Source of the DNA: Candidatus Marinacidobacterales bacterium
Lineage (GTDB): Bacteria > Acidobacteriota > Vicinamibacteria > Marinacidobacterales > DATDRI01
Direction of reading: 5' to 3'
Length of the DNA: 64,000 nucleotides
Assembly (NCBI GenBank): GCA_965226495.1
Contig: OZ245365.1
Location: 1,824,001-1,888,000, forward strand
Part shown: in pieces, positions 58,675 to 64,000 of the stretch
How positions within the stretch are numbered: position 1 is the stretch's first letter
How the letters are laid out: each line of letters starts with the position of its first letter
The notes under the pieces: generated by a model
Told to the model about the DNA's origin: nothing
What the model saw: the letters and a program-made list of their open reading frames with translations, nothing else
Databases searched by the model: none
Made by a program: the position numbers and the translations under genes

Positions 58675-60312
58675 CTACATGCGGTTGTACTTGGTGCCGG
58701 CGCCACCTTCGCGCGCCTTCCATCGTGGACCCAGGACGTCGGTAGTCTTGCAATCGACGCAGTTGGAGGCGTTGACGACCAGCTTTCCGCTCTGACGCTC
58801 GTAGACCGACGCAGGACACATGTGCTCGTAGAACTCGGCGACCTCAGGGGGAACGTCGGGAGTGACGTCGAGGTGCGAAGGCATGTCGTCGCGTGTGTTG
58901 TTGCCGGACCGGAAGACACCGTCCAGCTTGCTAAAGGTGAGTTTCCCGTCCGGCTTGCGCTCAGAAGCGGGAACGACGTCTTTCCGTTCAGCCGCGTCTT
59001 CCTCGACGTGGATCTTACCCCCAGGAAAAGCACCCTTGGTGACGGTCATGAGGCCCGCCTTGATGCCTCCGGTGTAGAAACCGGATTTGAAAGCGAGTCG
59101 CATATTTCGAGTGCGGTAGAGATCGTCGTGAATGTAACTCTCTTTGAGGGCGACGTCGAACGCGCTAAGCGCTTTCGACGACGTGTCGTCGGCCTTTAGT
59201 GCCTTGAAGATCGTTCGTGCGGCGAGAATCCCCGACATCATCGCATAGTGAATACCCTTCAACGACGGTACGTCGACGAAACCGGCTGTATCCCCCGCCA
59301 TCAAAAGACCGTCGCCATGAAAGCGTTCCGGGAGCGAATAGTATCCGCCCTCGGGAATCGTCTTCGCTCCCCACTCCAACATCTCGCCACCTTCCAGGTA
59401 GGGTCGAAAAAGCGGATGGGTCTTCAGGCTCTGTAAGAGCTCGTGCACGTCGAGCGAGTGCTCCCGGTAGTCGAGTCCGACGACGATGCCCAGTGAGACC
59501 AAGTTTTCTCCCATCGGGTAGAAGAAGCTGCCGCCGAAGGCGTCGAGGGGAAGTGGCCACCCGAGGGTATGGACGACGGCATCCAAAGGACGCTTTACCT
59601 CCCACAGCTCCTTCACTCCCAGGGCGAAAATCTGTGGATTCGGTGTGCCGATTTGTTGCCAGCCCAAGTAAGCCTGAGTAAGGGGGCCACGCGTTCCCTC
59701 CGAGAGCACGGTGACGCGGGCGGTTACATCGGTGGGGGGGACGAAGGCGCCACCTGGCTGGCCGTCTTTGTTGAGGCCTCCCGGGGTCGTCCGGACGCCT
59801 CGCACGCCCTTACCCTCGACCAGCAGCGAGTCAACGGGGAAGCCGGTGAAAACATTGATCCCGAGCTCGTCTGCCCTCTCCCCAAGCCAGCGCGTGACCT
59901 CGCAAATCGAGGCGACGTAGAATCCGTGGTTCTGCATCGTCGGAGGAGTTGGGAGCCGAAACTGACCGCTTTCCGTCATCAAGTAGACACGTTCTTTTTC
60001 GACCTGAGTGCGGAAAGGGAAGTCCTTGTCCTCGAGCTCGGGGTAAAGCTCGCGAAAGGCAATCGGGTTGACCACCGCGCCGGACAAACAATGATCGCCG
60101 AGGCGCTCCGCCTTTTCCATGACGCCTATCTCGAGCTCGGTGCCGTCCTTCTTGGCGAGGCGCGCCAATTCGATGGCACCGGCCAGGCCCGCGGGTCCGC
60201 CGCCCACGAACACGACGTCCATTGGAACGGCTTCCTCGCCCGGGGCCTCTGCGAGGATCAGTTTGTCCATCGGTAGCTTCGCTTGGTAATCGGCGGGTCT
60301 CAACGTCTTCAT
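58675..60312 (-). CDS. Electron transfer flavoprotein-quinone oxidoreductase (FixC+FixX-like)
   Basis: GGGPAG, SGAV, GVKELW and KGIHYAM.SG motifs; C-terminal CPA..NCVDCKTTD. Confidence 0.92.
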   Translation of the reverse strand: MKTLRPADYQAKLPMDKLILAEAPGEEAVPMDVVFVGGGPAGLAGAIELARLAKKDGTELEIGVMEKAERLGDHCLSGAVVNPIAFRELYPELEDKDFPFRTQVEKERVYLMTESGQFRLPTPPTMQNHGFYVASICEVTRWLGERADELGINVFTGFPVDSLLVEGKGVRGVRTTPGGLNKDGQPGGAFVPPTDVTARVTVLSEGTRGPLTQAYLGWQQIGTPNPQIFALGVKELWEVKRPLDAVVHTLGWPLPLDAFGGSFFYPMGENLVSLGIVVGLDYREHSLDVHELLQSLKTHPLFRPYLEGGEMLEWGAKTIPEGGYYSLPERFHGDGLLMAGDTAGFVDVPSLKGIHYAMMSGILAARTIFKALKADDTSSKALSAFDVALKESYIHDDLYRTRNMRLAFKSGFYTGGIKAGLMTVTKGAFPGGKIHVEEDAAERKDVVPASERKPDGKLTFSKLDGVFRSGNNTRDDMPSHLDVTPDVPPEVAEFYEHMCPASVYERQSGKLVVNASNCVDCKTTDVLGPRWKAREGGAGTKYNRM

Positions 60313-60348
60313 TGGATTCTTTTCCGTCCTGCGTCGTGAGGCCGAGAG

Positions 60349-62376
60349 CTATAAGCCGTATAACTCGGGCTTCCACGAGAGCGAAAGCTCGCTGGGCGGG
60401 GCCATGTAACCGAGTAGCGCGGAGGAGGCTACCACGGCGGGGCTTGCAAGAAAACCCTCGCCGCCGAGTCCCATGCGGTTTTGCCAGTTACGGTTGAACG
60501 AGGTGATGGCGCGCTCGCCCGGCTCCAATGCATCGGGACCTTGACCGAAGCAAGGCCCGCACCAGGAATCTCGGATCTGTCCGCCCACCGAACGCAAGAC
60601 GTCCGCAATGGATTCCCCGTTCAGACGAGGCTCCGGATTCTCGATGAGCTTCTTGACACCTCCGGAGCCGGGAAAAATCACGAAGTCCCGCGCCGCCTTT
60701 TTGTGTCCCGCCTCGCGCGCCGCCCGGATCACGAGCGCGGCTTGAAGCAGATCTTCGTAACTGCCGTTGGTGCACGAGCCGATGTAGGCTTTGTCGAACG
60801 AAAGCCGTTCCTTCGCGACTTCGTCGGCCGGAAACGCGTTGCCCGGGCTAAAGGGCTTCGCAATCATGGGCCTGACACTCGATAGGTCGAATTCTTCATC
60901 GATCTCATAGACGGCATCGGTCCCAGGCTGAACGACCGGGTAGGGGAGCTCGATCCCCTTCTCGCGGTACCATGCCAGTGTCGTGTCGTCAGCCGCGAAG
61001 ATGCCGTTTTGAGCCTCGCCTTCCGCCATCATATTGGCGATGGTGTTACGGTAAGCGATGGGAAGCTGCCGGTCCTTGTCTACGAACTCGACGGACATAC
61101 CTTGCGACTGCCCCGCGCCCCAGCGTTCGAGAAGCTTGAGCACGATGTCCTTGCCGCTGACCCAAGGCTGAAGCTCGCCGGTGAAGACGAGGCGTCGCGC
61201 CTTGGCGAGTGTGAAGTAGACGTAACCGGTCGACCAACCGAATCCCAGGGTTGTCGAACCGACACCGATCCCAACCGCGCCGTAGGCTCCGTAAGCGCGG
61301 CTATGTGAGTCGGCTCCCGGTACGAACTGTCCAGGCAGGATCAATCCCTGCTCGGGGAAGTAGAAATGAAAGATGCCGTCACCGGGGGTGGCATAGTAGG
61401 GCCTCTCCATCTCATGCATCTTGGCGAAGGCGCGGCCGATAGACGTTTGTTTGTCGTCGGAGTCCTTGCCGGTGAAGACGAAATGGTCGTTGGCGATGGC
61501 GGCCTGGCGCGGATAAATCGTGTTTCCGTCTGTGATCTGGTTGAACGTGTGGATGGCGAATGGGGCGGTGCCATCCGATGCCGGGAGCAGATCGGCATAG
61601 ACTCGCAAGGTGGCTCCCGGGCGGACCTCGGCGTTCTTGTCGACGCGATGCGCCCAGACGATTTGCTCGGTCGTGGTCAATCGGCGCACGGTGTTGGCAT
61701 CGGGCCACTCGATCACCGGAGGCTGCTCCACCGAACGTCGAAACTCACGTTGGCCTACCGCGAAGATGCCGCCGGTCCGGCGGATCTCGTCTTCCTTTGG
61801 AGTCAACGGATGCGGCTCGTACGTCCGCTGTTGTGTCTCGTTGGTGAGAGCGCGTGTCGTGGGATTGAAGCTGAGAATATCGTCGTCTTGCGCATCTGCG
61901 ACGGCTTCTGGAGATTGGACCACTTGCAGCCCCAGGTTCAACGCGTTGCGACGGAATATGTCACCCATGTTGTTTCCGCAGACCACGACGAGCTCTAGCC
62001 CGACTTCCTCGCCAACGGCCTTCAGTCCGGCCGGGCTCATTTCCCGTGAGGAGCCGATGGCGAAGCGGTCGCCCGCAATAACGAACGTCTCGCCAGTGTG
62101 AACTCTTTCCCGGAAGTCGGGCATCAGGTAACGGAAGGTCCCGACCTTCCATTTCTCGTCCAGCTTGTCGAGACTCTCCGATACGCAGTCTTTGGCGGGA
62201 GTGATTTGGTCGGTATCAATAGCGTCTAGCTTCTTGCCCGGTCGCTTGGCGTCCCAGAAAATGAGGGCTTTTCCCTGGATGAGGGCTCGACCGGCTTCGG
62301 TCGTGGGCTGGCTCGCAGCAGGGAGATCGTCTGCAGTCACGCCGGATTTCAGTTTAGCGGGTTGGATCGTGTGCAA
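60349..62376 (-). CDS. Aconitase-family hydratase, LeuD-like domain fused N-terminal to LeuC-like domains
   Basis: IDTDQI, GSSRE and IFRRNA.N.G, then DH, GADSH, GSCTNG, CGPC and NRN motifs. Confidence 0.88.
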   Translation of the reverse strand: MHTIQPAKLKSGVTADDLPAASQPTTEAGRALIQGKALIFWDAKRPGKKLDAIDTDQITPAKDCVSESLDKLDEKWKVGTFRYLMPDFRERVHTGETFVIAGDRFAIGSSREMSPAGLKAVGEEVGLELVVVCGNNMGDIFRRNALNLGLQVVQSPEAVADAQDDDILSFNPTTRALTNETQQRTYEPHPLTPKEDEIRRTGGIFAVGQREFRRSVEQPPVIEWPDANTVRRLTTTEQIVWAHRVDKNAEVRPGATLRVYADLLPASDGTAPFAIHTFNQITDGNTIYPRQAAIANDHFVFTGKDSDDKQTSIGRAFAKMHEMERPYYATPGDGIFHFYFPEQGLILPGQFVPGADSHSRAYGAYGAVGIGVGSTTLGFGWSTGYVYFTLAKARRLVFTGELQPWVSGKDIVLKLLERWGAGQSQGMSVEFVDKDRQLPIAYRNTIANMMAEGEAQNGIFAADDTTLAWYREKGIELPYPVVQPGTDAVYEIDEEFDLSSVRPMIAKPFSPGNAFPADEVAKERLSFDKAYIGSCTNGSYEDLLQAALVIRAAREAGHKKAARDFVIFPGSGGVKKLIENPEPRLNGESIADVLRSVGGQIRDSWCGPCFGQGPDALEPGERAITSFNRNWQNRMGLGGEGFLASPAVVASSALLGYMAPPSELSLSWKPELYGL

Positions 62377-62434
62377 GCAGTCGTCCTCCGTTCATCATTA
62401 TACTCGGAGGACTTCCGCGGACGCATCGTGAGTA

Positions 62435-64000
62435 CTACTGGTAGTTCTCGATGACGTAAGTGTCCGACTGATCGGCGTCGCGGGTATAGAAGATCTTTTT
62501 CCCATCCGGAGACCAGCCACCGTTGTGAGGGTGCCATCGGCCTCGACCCTCCGTGATCTGACCGGTGGTCCCGCGGGTTCTGGCAGCTCTCCCGGCGCGG
62601 AAGGCGGGGTTAGGGGCGATGTAGAGCTCCTGGCCGAAATGGCTGGGCCCCTTGCAGTAGGCGACGGCGCGGCCGTCCGGAGAGACGGCCATCTCGATGG
62701 TCGCACCTTCAAGTAGCCTGGCCTCTCTGCCGGTGGTCAGGTTCCTGACCACCATTTCCCGTCCACTGCCGTCGGAGACCATACGAGAGTAAATTACATG
62801 TTGGCTGTCCAGATACCAATCAAAGTAGAGGACATCGGTTAGCACCGGCCCTGCGACATCATCGTCTCGGGACACGACCCAGAGCGAAACTCCCGAATCG
62901 TCAATGGCCAGGGCGGCGATGGCCTTCCCGTCGGGAGACCACCGCGTGCCTGCCCGCACCAGGTTCGGACCGCTCTGGCCAGCCGTTTGAATCGGCTGCT
63001 CGTGTATAAGGGTTGGCGAGGTACCGTCGATCGACATCATCCAGAATTGGTATTGCCCCTCTCGGTTGGACAGGAACGCAATCTCGCTTCCGTCCGGAGA
63101 CCAGGAAGCGCCCATGTCGTTGGCTGTATTCTCTGTGAGCTGTCGCTCCGACCCGCTTTCCAGGTCCATGAGCCAGATCTCGTTATTGCCGGTACGATTC
63201 GAGCTGTACAGCAGGCTATGCCCGTCGGGAGAAGGACGCGGGTAGAAATTGTCTCGAGTGTGATGAGTGAGGCGCTCCTCCCGAGCCGTCTCGACGTGTG
63301 TCCAATATAGGTCGGTCTGATGACTGAACGGAGCGTAGACGAGAGGCCCCTTGCTTGAAACGGCGACCGAGAGATCCCACTCGCTGGTAGTGAGCTGACG
63401 TAGTTGGCCGGATCGAATATTGATGTCCCAAATGTTTTGCATACCGGCGCGGTGAGAACGGAAGAGGACACGCTGACTGTCGGCGGAGAAGGCCGCCTCG
63501 ACATTGACGTACGGCTCGTCGACGAGGGGTTGGGGCTCGCCCCCATTGGCTGGCAAGAGCCATATCGCCGGGGGGTGCTCCTTGCTCATGCGCGTGAAGG
63601 TAATCCATTCGCCGTCGAAGGACCAGGAGGGAAGGATATCGCCGGCGTGAGGAGGTGGCTCAGTGATTGGAGATTCTCGACCGGTTTCGACATGGACCTT
63701 CCAGAGCCCCATCTGTCCGGTTGGAAGCGGACGTGAGAACAAGAGCTCCTTTCCGTCAGGCGACCAGGGCGCCGCGCCCATGACACTGAAAGCTTCCCAG
63801 AACCGTTCCAGGTAAGGAATTGTCGTCTCGACAAGCGCTTTCGGGGTGCCACCGAGTGGAGGGACGAGGTATATGTTCGTGCCGCTCCCGGGATCGGAAG
63901 CAAACGCGATGTAGCGGCCGTCGGGTGACCAGCGCGGAATGATCTCGTCGGTTTCGTCCTCCGTCAGGCGAATCGCGTCACCACCGGAGGAAGGCATCAC
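62435..64000 (-). CDS. TolB-like PD40-repeat beta-propeller (C-terminal part; starts beyond the window)
   Basis: Repeated WSPDG/FSADS units and R.LT motifs. Confidence 0.88.
   Translation of the reverse strand: MMPSSGGDAIRLTEDETDEIIPRWSPDGRYIAFASDPGSGTNIYLVPPLGGTPKALVETTIPYLERFWEAFSVMGAAPWSPDGKELLFSRPLPTGQMGLWKVHVETGRESPITEPPPHAGDILPSWSFDGEWITFTRMSKEHPPAIWLLPANGGEPQPLVDEPYVNVEAAFSADSQRVLFRSHRAGMQNIWDINIRSGQLRQLTTSEWDLSVAVSSKGPLVYAPFSHQTDLYWTHVETAREERLTHHTRDNFYPRPSPDGHSLLYSSNRTGNNEIWLMDLESGSERQLTENTANDMGASWSPDGSEIAFLSNREGQYQFWMMSIDGTSPTLIHEQPIQTAGQSGPNLVRAGTRWSPDGKAIAALAIDDSGVSLWVVSRDDDVAGPVLTDVLYFDWYLDSQHVIYSRMVSDGSGREMVVRNLTTGREARLLEGATIEMAVSPDGRAVAYCKGPSHFGQELYIAPNPAFRAGRAARTRGTTGQITEGRGRWHPHNGGWSPDGKKIFYTRDADQSDTYVIENYQ

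Overview
GC-rich bacterial chromosomal segment. The gene families and intergenic repeats suggest Acidobacteriota (Vicinamibacteria-like); this is an inference. Contents: (i) a form II coxS-coxL-coxM molybdo-hydroxylase cluster with CoxD/CoxE/XdhC maturation genes, followed by an ABC/FtsX/AttH module, a PuuD-type gene and a sodium:solute symporter; (ii) housekeeping genes (mtgA, acyl-CoA dehydrogenase, meaB, mce, mtnP, pfkB, PBP1B, pyk, cbs, ETF-QO); (iii) tRNA-Val(CAC) and tRNA-Met(CAT); (iv) an IS3/IS407-type element inserted in a secreted-protein gene, a Y1 HUH transposase bounded by 47-bp inverted repeats, a VapBC module and several REP-like palindrome families; (v) many broken genes. The strongest hidden signal is an exported DUF3179-type selenoprotein split at an in-frame UGA (47401) with a SECIS-like hairpin. 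Other notable signals are a 59-nt TGT..ACA palindromic micro-insertion in a SIS gene, a structured leader upstream of coxS, and a swivel-first LeuD-LeuC aconitase-family fusion. All family calls come from motif recognition by eye; no searches were run.
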